From: Rozella allomycis CSF55
Lineage: Eukaryota
Direction: 5' to 3'
Assembly (NCBI GenBank): GCA_000442015.1
Contig: KE561370.1
Span: 1 to 60,809 of the forward strand
Length of the DNA: 60,809 nt
Both the position numbers and the translations under genes were made by a program. Under the pieces are notes generated by a model that worked only from the letters and a program-made list of their open reading frames with translations, was not told the DNA's origin and made no database searches. Shown piece after piece: positions 36,862 through 50,700 of this stretch; position 1 is the stretch's first letter, and the number at the start of each line of letters is the position of its first letter.

Positions 36862-38249
36862 ATGACATTTGTCAATAACATTTTTGTCCTCCACAAAACA
36901 GGGAAATGTTACTTTTCCGGAAACTGTAAGTGAATGATTATTTACTAAGCGTAGTTCATGCAGAGCCATTAGACCAAAGGTACCACAATTCATTCAATTT
37001 CACCAAGTTTGATTACAGGTTTTACTTCATCTGTCTCAAATTTCTGTCATACATTATTTCATCAAGAGCTTCGAGAAGTTGTGGCATTCCAAAATCGTAT
37101 AATGTTTAGAGAAATCGGCGACGTAATTGTTGTACTATTAACTCACACAGTTTCTATTTATCGTTCATGCACCAATTACAACAGTGCCTTCGATTGTACA
37201 ATCATTATTGAAAACAATAGTTGATATCTTTGAAGTATTATTCTAAACTCTGATAAATTATAGTTTCTATTTGGAGGCTTCGAAGGATGGGATGAAATTA
37301 CATTGAATTTGGTAGGTGTTCATGATATAATGAAACATCAATTGGACATTGTAATGTCTGATCCAGGATCTATCATTGGCGGGATAAGGCAAGTAATGGG
37401 GTTTGAAGGAAAATATGAAGGTTACTTTGGATTTTGAAGTTTGTGAAAGGCTTGATAAATTGTTGGCGTACATGGAAAGTGTAGATGGTGTTTGTGGAAA
37501 CGGTAGCATGCTACTGTTAGGGAACGCCGTCTTGCAATCTAGATTTCCATTAACAGAAGCAAGGCTTGTAGATATTCTTTACCAAAACTTATAGATTTTG
37601 AACATTTACAGAGCGCGACCAATGGGATCATCACAATGTAGATTCTTCCCAATTTACTGTAACGGATCGTGGCAAAATTTATACTTTTTCCGAATACAAA
37701 ACTATGTTCTCGTTGTGATGACTGTCATTGACAAGTCTGTCGCCAGTCTGTTTAAAAAGGTTAATGAATTCAAAACCGCGCTGATCCAAAGTAGATTGGA
37801 AATCCCGCTAGAGGTAGAAATTGAAAGTTTGAGATTTAGGAACCGCCTGTTTTAATGAGAATGTTTGCGAAACGAGAAACTTTGGCTATGCTGTATCACA
37901 ATATTAAATCGGGGCAAACAATATTTCCTCAATTGAGAAGCGGGCCTGAAATCCAGCTGAAAGAAATCATGGATACGTTTTGGTGGTTTTATTCAGAAGC
38001 AGTGTAAATATCTTTAAGGTACAGTAGTAGATCGACCGCGAATTCAACCGGTGTCGTCGAATACTCCGTTGTGCGAGACCATTACAAATTTGTAGCAAAA
38101 CTAAATGGTGTTCATCATTTGTATGTTCTGTAATATAATTCACATTTCATTAAGACAGACTTGCAAATGATCTTGCAACAGTAGAGAATACTGAATCAAT
38201 AATTAACGATATCTTCAAAAATACAATACAGCGCTTTGAAAAATCATAA
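36862..38249 (+). CDS. Probable multi-longin protein (Mon1/HPS1/Fuzzy family), spliced
   Basis: Longin-like N-terminus IFVLHKTGK..F, followed by beta-rich segments. The family is a by-eye guess. Confidence 0.5.
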
Positions 38250-38273
38250 AATAAAATATTTATGTTTTTAATT

Positions 38274-38597
38274 TTATTTCTGTTGCATTGCACCTTGATC
38301 TTGAAATTTTTCCGCAATTATTAAGCTTAATCTATTGCTGAAATTCAGCATTCTTTTAGCGCATGAATTTAAACATTTCCCCTTTTTTAATGTTTTTTAA
38401 TTCATACCTCTTTTCCGCTTAGGGCATGGGATGTGAAATCGTTAACGCAATCCTTGAAACATGCACTCACTGTGTTAAACATAAAATTTTCTAGTTGCAC
38501 TCTCTTTAGAGATTTTGAAGGGATCATTTACTTGTTGTTCTTCAACTACTGATAATAGGTGTTGACGTTCAGACTCTGAAAGATGAGAAAAATCCAT
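38274..38597 (-). CDS. TIM9: Small Tim chaperone (Tim9-like), 2 introns
   Basis: Twin CX3C motifs: CFKDCVNDFTS..LS..E and CLNSC. Confidence 0.85.
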
Positions 38598-38651
38598 TTG
38601 GAAATTGTTAATCGATAAGCCACAAAATTGTAATGAAAACATGAATGAAAA

Positions 38652-40004
38652 TTAAATTATAGTATGTTTATTGATAGACGGGAATGGTTCCTTTTGACTG
38701 AGAACAAGAAATTGCCGTTCATGAGACAAATAGCCTTTCATCAAATTCTACTCAAACATTATTCATCAACTTACTTTGTCTATTAAATTGCAAAGAAGAC
38801 ATTCCACTTCATCAATATTCACATTGTATTCGGCTACTAATAACGCTTTATTGATGGAGGAAAACGGTATTCTTGAATTGCATCCTAAAATTTGGTATGT
38901 TTTGAGAAATAATTGGCGATAAACAACTAATGATAATTTTTCCCAGATGAGGATGGTTCCTATTTTTGAGAAGAACTTTTCTGTTTGAAAATTGGTTAAA
39001 TATTCTTGAAACTTGTGAAGCTTTCCATGATGAAGGGCATCAATTAAAGGCGCATACAATTTTTCCATTCCATAACGTTTTAAAAGTGCCACTGATGGCC
39101 TCCTTCCAAAGAAAATCATTGTAGGAATTAAGAAATGCAAAATTCTAATCTTGTTCTTAATGCATGATTTTTGACAATGATAAAATGCATATTCAAAATC
39201 TTCTTTGGCTTCACCATATTTTTCATCAAGAAAAGCTAATTGGGCCGTGTAATATTTATAAGCGACGCGATGAGATTTCGGAAAATCTTCAAATGGAGGC
39301 ATTTTTGAATTTGATATCGCTCTCAAAACTGAAGTACACAAATTTTGTTGCTTTAATCGAAAGTAAATTCGAAACAACTGGTCGATTGCTTTGTACGCAC
39401 CGATTTTACGAGAATCTTCCAGCGGGTTGCGATCAGTTATGCAAAGTACAAAAGTCTTGTTCAGTTGTCTAGCTGCGTCCTCCATCTTTAGCGCCTTTTG
39501 GTTACTTTTAATCAATTCCTTGTCAGCCTTTTTCATAGGGTTAATATGCATACCAAATCAGCGAGATGAATCAAGTCATTATTTACTGAAAATAGGAGAG
39601 GTAATAGCGCAGCATTGAGGGATTGGGCGATATTATGCAAGCCTCTATCATAATATAAATACAAAATTACGTTGAAAAGGAAACCCACTCTTCATATGCG
39701 TATGTATATTGAAGTCTTTTAAACAGGGTTTTTGCTTTTTTCCAAGCGTGAACAGTTTCAGCCCATTCATCTGACAGTCCAGATATCGACATATCATTTT
39801 CCTATCTCAAAAAATTTAAACCTTTACATGATAATTTCCCTCAAGTTTAAATATTTCCACCAGTTCCTTCACATTTAAATAAGAAATGTGTTCGTGCAAA
39901 AACATTACGAAATTTCCCGGAATAATTGAATTAGTTGTAGTTAATTGGCGGATGGCTATTTAGTTTCCCTAATAGAAAATTGAATTCCTTTAATAAATAT
40001 TCAT
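38652..40004 (-). CDS. PCI-domain protein PCID2/Thp1/Csn12-like, spliced
   Basis: LFRIYFRLKQ.NLC..V, H.V.YKYY, NK.RIL..LIP, DEVECLL.NLI.K..KGYLSH, VLS.KEPFP. Confidence 0.9.
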
Positions 40005-40324
40005 AGAATTCTAACAGAATTGACGCTGCATGAATTTGTGAAAATTACAAAGTGGGGCTATAAATTTTTGAAAAGTCCACCTACCCTGGTACAAAAATTT
40101 TTAGGTAAGACACCTTAACATTTTCAACTTTACTAAAATGATGATAAACACAATGCTACTAAACCCAGCTCATTGTGAAATATAATGAACGTACTTTATT
40201 ACTATCTGAAGCTTTCAACTTTACTTTCATTTTCATGAATATATCTAACCGTAGATTTGCAAAGGCGTTCAAGTTAAATGAATTTAAATAATAAATGTAA
40301 ATTAATATATCATCTTTATTTTTG

Positions 40325-42105
40325 TCAGTTAAGACACGAACGTTTCATTATTCTTAAGCATTCCAAGGAGCACAATTCATGCTGGAAGGGAAACAAATTT
40401 GCGGATTGTCCGTGGACTGAAGCATTTTCAATAAAATATATCGGCTCCCCCAAAAATGGCATAGAACAACATGTGCATTCCAACTGCTTCAAAATAGAAT
40501 TTCTCGCAATGACGGGAATTTTTGTTTCTTCCATAAAAGTATGCGAGGCTTCATCATTCTTAGGCGTTCCAGGTGGTGTAGAAGTGACGTCTTTTATGCG
40601 GTATTCATTCTTCTCCAAAAACTTCTTGATATGATCATGATCCGGGAAGCCAAGCTGACCATTACTTAAAGATATTAATTCAGATAGTTCATGAGAAGAA
40701 TATCGATGAATTGATTGAGGGTCTTGGTTAAACATGTTATCTAATCTAATAAACTGTCTTGCGAGGTTCGTAGCTGTAATTTCTTGCAGCTTGCGTAAAG
40801 GTTGTCGGATTTTTATTGAGCTAGATGCAAAATCGTCATCATCAACAACCATGACTCCTTTAAACCTTTTAAATGATGCAGGAAAATGCTGAATTGGATT
40901 CCTGGAGACATAAACACCTTGAAGATGCTTTAAACGACCAAGTGATGAAGGAACTGATGTCAATTTGTTGTTAGAAGCGTATAGAACTGCAAGTCTACGG
41001 CATTTACCAATCTCTTCCGGAATCGAGCCAATTTTATTCTCTGATATATTTAATGCAGCTAGATTTTCCATGTATCCGATTTCGCCTGGTATTTTCTCAA
41101 TCGCATTTTCAATTACGGTAAAAGCAAAACATTTGGTCAAAAGGCCAATAGACTCTGGTATTTCAGTCAAGCGATTTCTTCCAAAAGATATTGAACGGAC
41201 AGTGCTACTCCAACCTCTTAAGACTTCGTCGGGAATATATTCAACTTCATTATTACTAAACTGAACAATGCTAATTGAAGTCCATCCAGCAAGTTTCTTT
41301 GGAATATTTCTTATTCTATTCCCTTGACACCGAAAGTCCTTTAGATTTTTCAAATTACCAATGCTTTCGGGTAAATGTGGCAAATTATTTGCAGAAATGT
41401 CAAGGAACTCTAATTGAGCCAAATCTCCAATAGACTGGGGTAGGCTATTTAGGTTGTTTATAGATAGATTAAGCCATTCTAAATTTACCAAATTTCCAAT
41501 TTCTTTTGGCAACTCTTCCAACTCATTAATACTCAAGTCTAGCATTTTTAAATGAACACATTGCGTAAGATTCAAAGGAAAGTTTGTGATTCTGTTCCTT
41601 TCTAAATGTACGTATGTAAGTTCTTGAAGCAATCCTATCTCGAAAGGTAGTTCTTCGATTTCATTAGTATCGAGAATGAGTCTGTTCAACTTTTTGCAGT
41701 TTCCAATTTTGGAACTAACCCTTCGAATGCAGTTTCTACTAGCATTAAGAATCAGAAGATTTTCGTAGATTGATATATCATCAGAAATTTCGCTCAAAAA
41801 ATTGTCATCAATGTTGATTTTAGTAACCTGCTTCTGTAATCTGGTGATGAAGGATTCTCTGCATAAAAATGTGGGAAAATTATGGATGCTCATCTTGATA
41901 GATTGTTGTAATAAATCTAAAGTTTTAAGGCCTTCATTCTTCACATTTATTGTTTTATCAAAGTCTAAGTTTAATAATTATTAAAAGCATTACCTTCCAA
42001 TAATTTCGTTACAGCTTCAAAATGTTGTCGTGTCACAAAGAACTTGTTCTTAATTGATCTTTCACTTTTTGAGCTTACCGAAAACGTTAAACTTGCAGAA
42101 ATCAT
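40325..42105 (-). CDS. Leucine-rich repeat protein (SHOC2-like repeats) with Cys-rich C-terminus
   Basis: About 13 LxxLxLxxNxLxxLP repeats; C-terminal CTCC...CSLEC; probable short 5' exon. Confidence 0.88.
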
Positions 42106-42350
42106 TTAGATGTCGCAAATTTGCCCCTGTTTTAAAATTGGCACCTTGCATCTAAAAATACTTCACTTGATTGCATAATCATAACACACGTGAACTTCTG
42201 ATTTCTGTAATTACTATGTAATATGTATAAAGTTATCTTACAACAAGAATGAGATCGTGAATATTGGTGTGGGCGAGATTTTTTTGTAAATGAATTATTG
42301 ATTTGATAAATTTCGTTTGAAAAACAAAAGTAGCTTGGAGACAGTAAAAT

Positions 42351-42983
42351 ATGAACGCTAATGATTTTCAATCTTCAAGCTTCCTTTCATATTGTTGGAA
42401 CCAGGATGAAAGTATAGAAGAGTCTGATGGACGTTTTAAGGCTACAAATTATGATAGCATGTCTATTGACGACATGATCGAAGAAATGAATTCAGTTCAA
42501 ATAATTAAGCAAAAGTTATTGATAAATATGCTTTCCACAATCAACGATTTAGACTCTCTAATTTGTAAAGAACATAATATAAAGCAATTCCTACATGAGA
42601 AACGAAAAGATCTATCTGAAAATTTTGGAGGCTGTAAATCCAATGATATTTTGAAAGATATTGAAGTGATGAGAAAAAGAATACTACATGAATGCAAAGA
42701 AATTTCAACATCAGCTCTTCATTACAGGAGCGATGGGTTTTCGCCTGAATATCGAAGATTTCTTAATAGAAAAATCCCTAAAGCTAAACATTATTCAATA
42801 ATGACTACTAGTAGACCTAATTCGGGGATGTTAGATAATAAAGACGATACAACCGAAAAAGTGCGAATGGTGGATGTACCTATAAGTATTACAGATAAAA
42901 GGAAACTTGGTAGTGAGAATATTGATTTTGGTCAGAGTGTTACCAATGGTAATTTATGGCTTAAAACGAGAAAGAATATTTGA
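42351..42983 (+). CDS. Hypothetical protein with coiled-coil
   Basis: 210-aa ATG ORF with no recognisable domain. Confidence 0.5.
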   Translation: MNANDFQSSSFLSYCWNQDESIEESDGRFKATNYDSMSIDDMIEEMNSVQIIKQKLLINMLSTINDLDSLICKEHNIKQFLHEKRKDLSENFGGCKSNDILKDIEVMRKRILHECKEISTSALHYRSDGFSPEYRRFLNRKIPKAKHYSIMTTSRPNSGMLDNKDDTTEKVRMVDVPISITDKRKLGSENIDFGQSVTNGNLWLKTRKNI

Positions 42984-43316
42984 AGACTTCACGAGATGCT
43001 AAATTACAGACTACGAGCAAAAATGGCCTTCCAAGTAAACTAATTCGTTGCAAGACACATTCTATTTGGCGTAAAACGACAGCCATGTGCGGAACCAATC
43101 CCAATTTTTAGAATATCAAATCTTCAATAAATTTCAAAAAGATACTCTTTAATCAAATCCAATTTTGAAGGCAATGATATGAGCTAAAGATCAATACGAC
43201 AATACCATGTGGCAAAATCATTGAAATAGTTTGAATCCCTTATGCGTTGGTACGGGGTACCATTCCATTCTCAAAATTTCCCAACAACCCTGGTACCTAG
43301 CCAAAGAAAATCAGAT

Positions 43317-43896
43317 ATGCATTCACAGCATCTAATACCCCCTATAGTACACAACTTGACAATTCTCAAATAGAATTTTGGCATGGTCGAAGAAGATATA
43401 TATAGGTGTGGTGTTCCAAATGAATTGAACTTTCCTTTTCTTGAAAAACTAAGACTAAAATCGATAATATATTTGTCTTCCGATGAACCTACGTTGAAGC
43501 TTCAAGTAATACTTTAAATGCCTAGTAATTGCAATTTGCAGATGAGCTTAACATCAGTATTCATCATTTGGGTAAAGCTCTGGTGAATTCTTCAGAACCA
43601 TTAACCGAAGAAGTAGTTATTGATGCCCTTCATATACTATTACAGTCAAGCAACCATCCTGTACTGCTAATGTGTCAGATGGGGAGGCATCGTTCAGGTA
43701 TTTACTGTCCATGATTTCTAACTGAGGTACTATTGTTGGTTGTCTACGGAAACTTCAAAAATGGAATTTAACGTCAATTTTTGAAGAATATAGAAGATAT
43801 TCTGGTTCTAAAGTGAGAATGTTAAACGAACAGTTTATTGAATTGTTCGACACTGATTTAGTACGAGTCCCTAACACTCCACCAGCTTGGCTTTGA
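43317..43896 (+). CDS. Oca/Siw14-family (plant-and-fungi atypical DSP) phosphatase, spliced
   Basis: LIPP.NFGMVE..IYR, NFPFLEKL.LK, HPVL..CQMGRHRSG..VGCLRKLQ.W, EQFIELFD. Confidence 0.92.
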
Positions 43897-43927
43897 TATA
43901 CTATGTATCATTTAAATGTAAATTAAT

Positions 43928-44648
43928 TTATTTGATTTTGAATTTTTCTTTCCCATATTCGTTTATAACGCAAATTGCATCTAGGTCGCGAAAGAATTCA
44001 TTGTAATCTAGTCCAAACCCTATGACAAAAACATCGGGAATAAGAAAACCGACATCTATATTTACAAATATTAAAACTTACAATGTGGAACTACTTCTCT
44101 TTCGGTTTGTAGTTCTTTCCACAGTAATGTCGCTATTAGACACTTGTAAGGACCAAGTTGATTTAACATTTCACAAAGAACTTTCATAGTTTTTCCTGTA
44201 TCTATTATATCCTCGACAACTACCACAAACTTTTATGTCGAATTCAAAGTCTTTACTTTGTCTTTGATTACATTGGATGGCAGCTCCCCTAAAATTTGAA
44301 CATCGCCTGTCGATACATCGTTATGATAGCTTTTCATCCTTATAAATTCCATGATAACTGGAATGTCGGTAAGTTTAACTAGCTCTTCCATAAGCATGGA
44401 TGAAAACCTAAATGCACCCTTCAGAACTATGTCTTTAATATCATAGTATTACCACAGACTAAGGTGATTGCTTCAACATTTTCTGGCAATTCATTTGCTA
44501 TATTTCGTGCGAGCTTAGATACTCTATTGCGAATCAAACCCGGAGGGATAAGGACACTCTGAATAGAGTCAGAATATGCATTTGGAATATCAAATAATGA
44601 CTTGTCATAAACTTTGTCCGCTTCGATGGCCTCAAATTTTTGTTTCAT
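43928..44648 (-). CDS. HPRT: Hypoxanthine-guanine phosphoribosyltransferase, spliced
   Basis: [64 protein letters not shown]. Confidence 0.95.
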
Positions 44649-44680
44649 TCAGAATCTTGGCAGAGAAATTTCTCAATTTC

Positions 44681-45760
44681 ATGAGTTCTTTAAAGGACAC
44701 ACTCCAAGCTGAAATAGAGAAAAAGAGAAAGTTATTACAAACCGTAGCACCCGATAAAAAATACGTAAAACTTTCGGAACTAGAAAAGTTAAGAGAAAAA
44801 GACAGTCAGAAAAAGAGGCCAGTACAGGTAGAAAAATGTAAGCTAATAATACAAAGAATCTACATGATGAACAAGTGGAAACTGAAGAGGATGGTATTCA
44901 AATACAAATCCCGAAAAGCACACTAAAAGAAGAAGAAATCATATCAAGATTAAGGGAATTAGATGAGCCCATTCGGTTATTTGGTGAAACTGATTTTGAT
45001 AGGCTGAAACGCCTAGAAGAACGCGAAAATAGTTCTCACAAGTCTTCCAGAGAACTAAAAAATCTTATTGAAAAGCATGCCTTGGTGGAAAATGAACGTG
45101 ACCAAACAGAAGAAGAACAGAATAAACTTGATAAAATGAAAAAAGAGTTAGATTCACTGATATTCATGACAAACAATTCTAATGTTGATTTGGCAGAGTT
45201 AATGACTGAAGAAACAACAAAGTTACGATTCGCTTGCTCGTTATATTGTAAACGACTATTGCTTGAGTGGAAATACGATTTGGAACGCATGCCAGAAGAA
45301 GAAAAAGAGTCAAAAGATGGAAAACACAAATTTTTCGTATATAAACAAGCAGAAGAATACATCGCGCCATTTTTCGAAAGAATGCGAGATAATGTAATCT
45401 ATATTTTCTATTATTATATCAGAAACTGGCAAAAGATGTATTGTCAAACATTGCTCAAATTTTTTATAGTTTGAAAGAAAAGGATTACGTTAAAGCGTCG
45501 TTCGCTTACCTTTTACTATCACTTGGGAACGCTGCCTGGCCTATGGGTGTAATGGGTCCAATAAATTTAAACGAAAGGCACGCTAGAGACTTAATTGAAA
45601 CTCACCAAATAGCTCGTAATGCTTATTGACCAAAAACATAGATGTATTGAATGACGAGGCTCAAAGGAAATGGATTCAAACAATAAAACGATTGATCACC
45701 TATGCGGAAAACAAATATCCTTCAGATTATGTACCAAAAACGTTGTTTATACCTAAATAA
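44681..45760 (+). CDS. PRP18: Pre-mRNA splicing factor Prp18, spliced
   Basis: LRELDEPIRLFGE (SFM motif), YL.LSLGNAAWPMGV, VLNDE.QRKWIQ.IKRLIT. Confidence 0.93.
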
Positions 45761-45790
45761 AGAATATCTTAATCTTTAAGTTAAATTTGT

Positions 45791-46084
45791 TTATTGCTCT
45801 GCAGTTTTGGGCAGCTCTAAACCAACCATTCTGGCTGTTTTCTCGATTCTTTCTTTGCTGTCAAGGTTCAAGTATTTGTAATGAGTATTTAAAATATTTC
45901 TATATTCCAATTCAGCTCCAAGATACTCTAAAATCCCGTTTAGTTTTGGATAGTCAACTTTTTCATCAATGATGCAGGATTCAATAATTCTTCTACCAAT
46001 AGTAATCGAAGCAGACCTGTCGAGAGTGCTATGCTGTAGAAGAATTCGGTATAGTTTTCGAGAAATACCAAGGAAGGATGACAT
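45791..46084 (-). CDS. FMC1-like mitochondrial ATP synthase assembly factor (LYR family)
   Basis: N-terminal LYR.LL and C-terminal E.IEKTARMVGLELP. Confidence 0.7.
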   Translation of the reverse strand: MSSFLGISRKLYRILLQHSTLDRSASITIGRRIIESCIIDEKVDYPKLNGILEYLGAELEYRNILNTHYKYLNLDSKERIEKTARMVGLELPKTAEQ

Positions 46085-46162
46085 TGCAAAATTTTGGAAA
46101 TGGGTCAATTTTGGACCTTGATAAATTTAATAATATAACATTTAATAATGTAAACAAGGACA

Positions 46163-46234
46163 TCTTCGTTAGTACAGAGGTGAGTATCTCCGCCTGTCAC
46201 GCGGAAGACCGGGGTTCGATTCCCCGACGAAGAG
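46163..46234 (+). tRNA. tRNA-Asp(GTC)
   Basis: TCTTCGT..CT-GTC-AC..GGTTCGATTCC..ACGAAGA-G; 72 nt, followed by TTTT. Confidence 0.95.
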
Positions 46235-46330
46235 TTTTGCTAAATTTTCATAAAGCTGTGATGTCCACATACAATGAAAAATGCTAATTGCGAATGCAAT
46301 AAATAAAATAGATAATGTTTATTTAATATT

Positions 46331-47713
46331 TCACCAAAGAAACATGTTAAAATATTTGACTTTCAAAGGATCGTCAGATTGAAATTTAAACAAAATTTTT
46401 CGCACTTCATCAAATCCTTCTTCAATTTTGGGCTCTACGTATGTGTTTTTCATTTTATTATAGACGATTGAGCTTATTTTGTTTGCATTTTGTGTAATCT
46501 TTTTTAGAATGCAAAATCTAATTACCACGCGTAATGCGTTCAAATGTTTATATAAACTTTCTTCGACATCAAAATGGAAGCAGCGAATAGAAATTCTGTC
46601 ATTTATTCGCTTAACATTCTCCAAGTACTCTTTTCTTGAATCAATTGTTAAGTTGGTATTATCGATCACTACAGATTTCCCTTCTTCCAAAGACTTCTTT
46701 AAGAGCGCTAAACACTTGCTTTTGGTTTTCAAAGTATCCTTTAATGGCAACCATATTATTTTACTAAATTTACGTGAACGTAATCTGATAGATTTGAACG
46801 AGCAAAATTTGTTTTCCCAGATGCAGGGAATCCAACTAGAATGATAACCTCCTGCGATTGTGAAAGCAAAGGTGTATTTGAAGGGATATATAACACTGAT
46901 CATTAATTAAATATATAAAATACCTTCAGGATTCTTAAACTTTTGTGGGTTAAAATTCTTGAACTTGAATGGCGCTGGATTTTCATTCAAGAAGTACTCC
47001 TCGGGAGTCTTAAACTTTAGGCCTGCATTCAAGGCAAACTTTCTGATAAAACCTTTTTAATCATCATACCTATCCGAGTCAGAAAAATCAGCCTTCTTGC
47101 CTGTCTTCCAACCTTCAGGCCTGCCAGCGGCATCCCCAACGTAACAACAATCTTTGAGATTGATCTTATCCTCAAAAAATGATTGAAAGTATTCAAAAGC
47201 ACCGGGTACCGGTTTGCGAAAAACATCGTAATCTGTCGCTGCAAAAATTATTAGAGGAATTCCAATCTGGAATAGACTCAAAGAGCTAAATTACGGACAA
47301 TGAGAATAAATGACATCTTCTTTTGAAATCAATGCACTTTTTTTCATTAGAAGGATCTAATAGACCACTTTGATTCGAAAAGACTACTATTAATGTCCTT
47401 TTACAAAGAAAACAATTCTATACTTTTCCTCACTCAATTCTTTCAACTTCCTTGGGACGATTGAATGCCAGTATTCCCAGTCTTCAGAATCTTTGTGAAA
47501 CTTTCTAGCATTTTTAGGTTTCCACAACGTATGATCAAGGTCGAAAAATGCAAATTTTGAATACGGTTTCAAAAAATCCTTTAAAGGTTGTGCGTCAGAA
47601 GTATATACTAACAGACTCTTGTGAATCACCCAGTTATTTTCAAATTCCGATTTAGTCTTTTTAAAGGTCTTGGATCCATCATTTAGTTTTCGTTTGGCAA
47701 AAAAGTCACTCAT
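46331..47713 (-). CDS. PNKP: Polynucleotide kinase 3'-phosphatase, spliced
   Basis: FDLDHTL, SNQ.G, FRKP.PG, YVGDAAGR...DFSDSDR, GFPASGKT, VIDNTN, P...EGF. Confidence 0.95.
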
Positions 47714-47749
47714 GAAAATTCAGGAAAACAAAATTTTGAATTTATTGAT

Positions 47750-50700
47750 TTATAGTTTGTTTTTGAACAAGATCATAATACAATCCTTTCAGATTTAATA
47801 GTTCGTCATGATTTCCTACTTCGACAACTTGGCCGTCTTTCATTACAAAAATGCAGTCACTGTTCTTGATGGTGGAAAGGCGATGGGCGATGACTAGAGT
47901 GGTTCTCCCTTTAGATGCTTTATCTAATGCTGCTTGAACAACTTTTTCCGATTCCGTATCTAGAGCTGATGTGGCTTCATCTAATAATAAGATCTTGGGG
48001 TTCTTTAATATCTATGTAATTTTGCTGTAAACTTAAACTTACTGCTCTGGCAATTGCAATGCGTTGTTTTTGTCCTCCACTAAGCTGTGTTCCCTTCTCA
48101 CCGGCATAAGAGTCATATTTTTGTGGAAGCGATTCTATGAACTCGTGAATATTTGCATTCTTTGCCGCTTCTACAATTTCTTCCATTGTTGCATTTTCTT
48201 TGGCGTATCCAATGTTATCTTTTATTGAACGCGCAAACAGGACTGGCTAAACACTAAACAGATACAAATTTTCTTACCTCTTGGCTCACAATGCTCATGA
48301 TGGACCTTAATTCTCTTATATCTACTTCATTGACTTTCTTAGCATCTATTTTTAGTTCTCCTTTGTTAATATCATAGAAACGAAGAACAAGTTGTAAAAT
48401 GGTTGATTTTCCGCTTCCGGAAGATCCCACCAGTCCTATAGTTTGGCCTTGCTTTACATCTAAAGAAACACTCTTAAGGACTGTTTGTTCAGGTCTATTA
48501 GGATAGCGAAAGGTAACCTTTTGCAAATTGATGTTTCCCTCGGGATTATCAAGCTTACTTCCCTTAGACCCTTCAATCTTCGGTACGCTATTTACAATTT
48601 CAAAAATATTATTTGTTGAATCAATCCCCTTTCTAAAATTAGGAAGGAAGGCGGAAGCTTGACCAAGCGCGAGTGTCATGAAGAAAACGCTTTGGATTAC
48701 AATATTCATGTTTTCAAAAGTTATTTCACCATCCGCTACAACGATCGCTCCATAGTAATAAGAGATTGCATAAACAAAAAACTGCATCGCTTGAGAAAAC
48801 GCAACTCCGAATGAACTGATGTAGCTTGATTTTATGTTTAACATGAAGGGCCTTTTCAAAGCTTCATGATATTTTTTAAGAAAGTATCTTGATTTATTCA
48901 AAGCAGTAACTGTTCTAACATTAGAAATTACTTCCCCTGCAATATCTGAGGACTCTTGATAAATCTCCTTGTTATTGCTTGATCCTATGTTCGCTTTTAC
49001 TTCAGCAGCAATGCCAACTACGTACAATGGAAGTGTACAGAATAATACTAAAGCCTTTTAATAAAGGATATGAATGTTTACGAGTTTCCAACCATTCACT
49101 AGTGCAATAACTGCACCTAGAATTGTATTGACTAGAGCTTGAGATGCTTGGCCTAAGACACTTCCAACCATGCTTTGAACTATTTCTGCTTCACTTGACA
49201 ACTTGGAGGTTAAAATAGATGAAGCATGTTCATCTTGATCAAACCACTGAACATCTTGTTTCATCATTGCACGAAAAGACATTGAACGTAATTTGGATGT
49301 CAGAGAGTACCCAGATATTTCAAACATGCTATACTGGAGAAAATTGCATACACCAGATGCAATTCCCAGAAATACAAAAACTAGCGCCCAAAAACTAATC
49401 TCGTCAACAACTCTGGATCTGTTGGTATCAAAAAGAATTGCTAAAACTTTGCCAAAGTACAATGAAAACAATGGAAAGAGAACTCCTAGACCAGAAGAGG
49501 CTAAAAATCCAGCCAACAAATAGGCCCAGTTTGGTACACTTAGCTTGCTTATTTGAAGAAGGGCATTTATCTGTTGAGATTTTGATGGTTCAGGGTGTAT
49601 ATTTGGATTTCTACTCTCAACAACACTTTTTGAAGTATCTTGTACAATTTCTTGTTCCTTGCTTACTTCTCTAGTTTCATCCTTTTCTAAACGCTCCATG
49701 TTTGACGCTAGTGATTGCGCAGATACCAAATCAAAGTAGCGTCCTTTAAGCCCGAGCAATTCTTCGTGTGTACCCTTCTCCATTATATTTCCATGCTCCA
49801 TAACAACAATCATGTCTGCGTTTTTGATGGTACTTAATCTATGCGCAATAATTAAAGTTGTTCTTCCCTTGGATGCGTTATCCAACGCGTCTTGAACAAT
49901 TTTCTCTGAATTAGAGTCAAGAGCCGATGTCGCTTCATCAAGCAATAAAATTTTAGGATTCTTTATTAATGCCCTTGCGATGGCAATTCTTTGTTTTTGA
50001 CCGCCTGAAAGCAACATTCCTCTTTCTCCGACCTCGCTATCGAGAGACTTTGGCAATTTTTCAATAAATTCTAAAGCATTCGCAGCCACGCACGCTGAAT
50101 TTATTTCTTCAACAGTAGCATTTTCTTTTCCAAAGGCGATATTTTGCTTAATAGAAGTTTTGAATAAAGATGGTTCCTGACTTACAATCCCAATAGTCTC
50201 GTGAAGCCAAGATAGATCCAAATCCTTCAAGTCCGTTCCATCTACTAATATTTGCCCCTCTATAGGATCGTAGAATCTTTGAGCAAGTTGTATTATCGTA
50301 CTTTTACCAGATCCAGATGTTCCACAAAATGCAACAATTTTTCCAGCTGGTATCTGCAAATTTATCCCATGCAATACTTCAATATCCGGTCTTGAAGGAT
50401 AAGAGAATTTCACGTTCTTAAACTCAATGTTTCCCTGTAAATTTTCTATTCTTTTCCCAGAATTTGACATCAAATCAATCAACGGATTTCTTTCAATTGT
50501 ATTAAATACAAAGAATGCGGCACCCTGTGCATTCCCAAATGCAGATATATAAGGGCCCAAATTACCTAAAGAAAAGGCACCAATAAGAAACGCGAAAAAT
50601 ACGGTGACAACGTTGCCGCCAGAATAGATACCATCTGAAATTAAAGTGGACCCGTACCATAAGCCTAATGCGATAAATGCGTATATGAAAAATCCAACCA

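Noticed and set aside
12644..40004. DCN1, CUL4 and a PCI protein as a neddylation cluster
   Set aside because: They are more than 10 kb apart with unrelated genes between; expected by chance.
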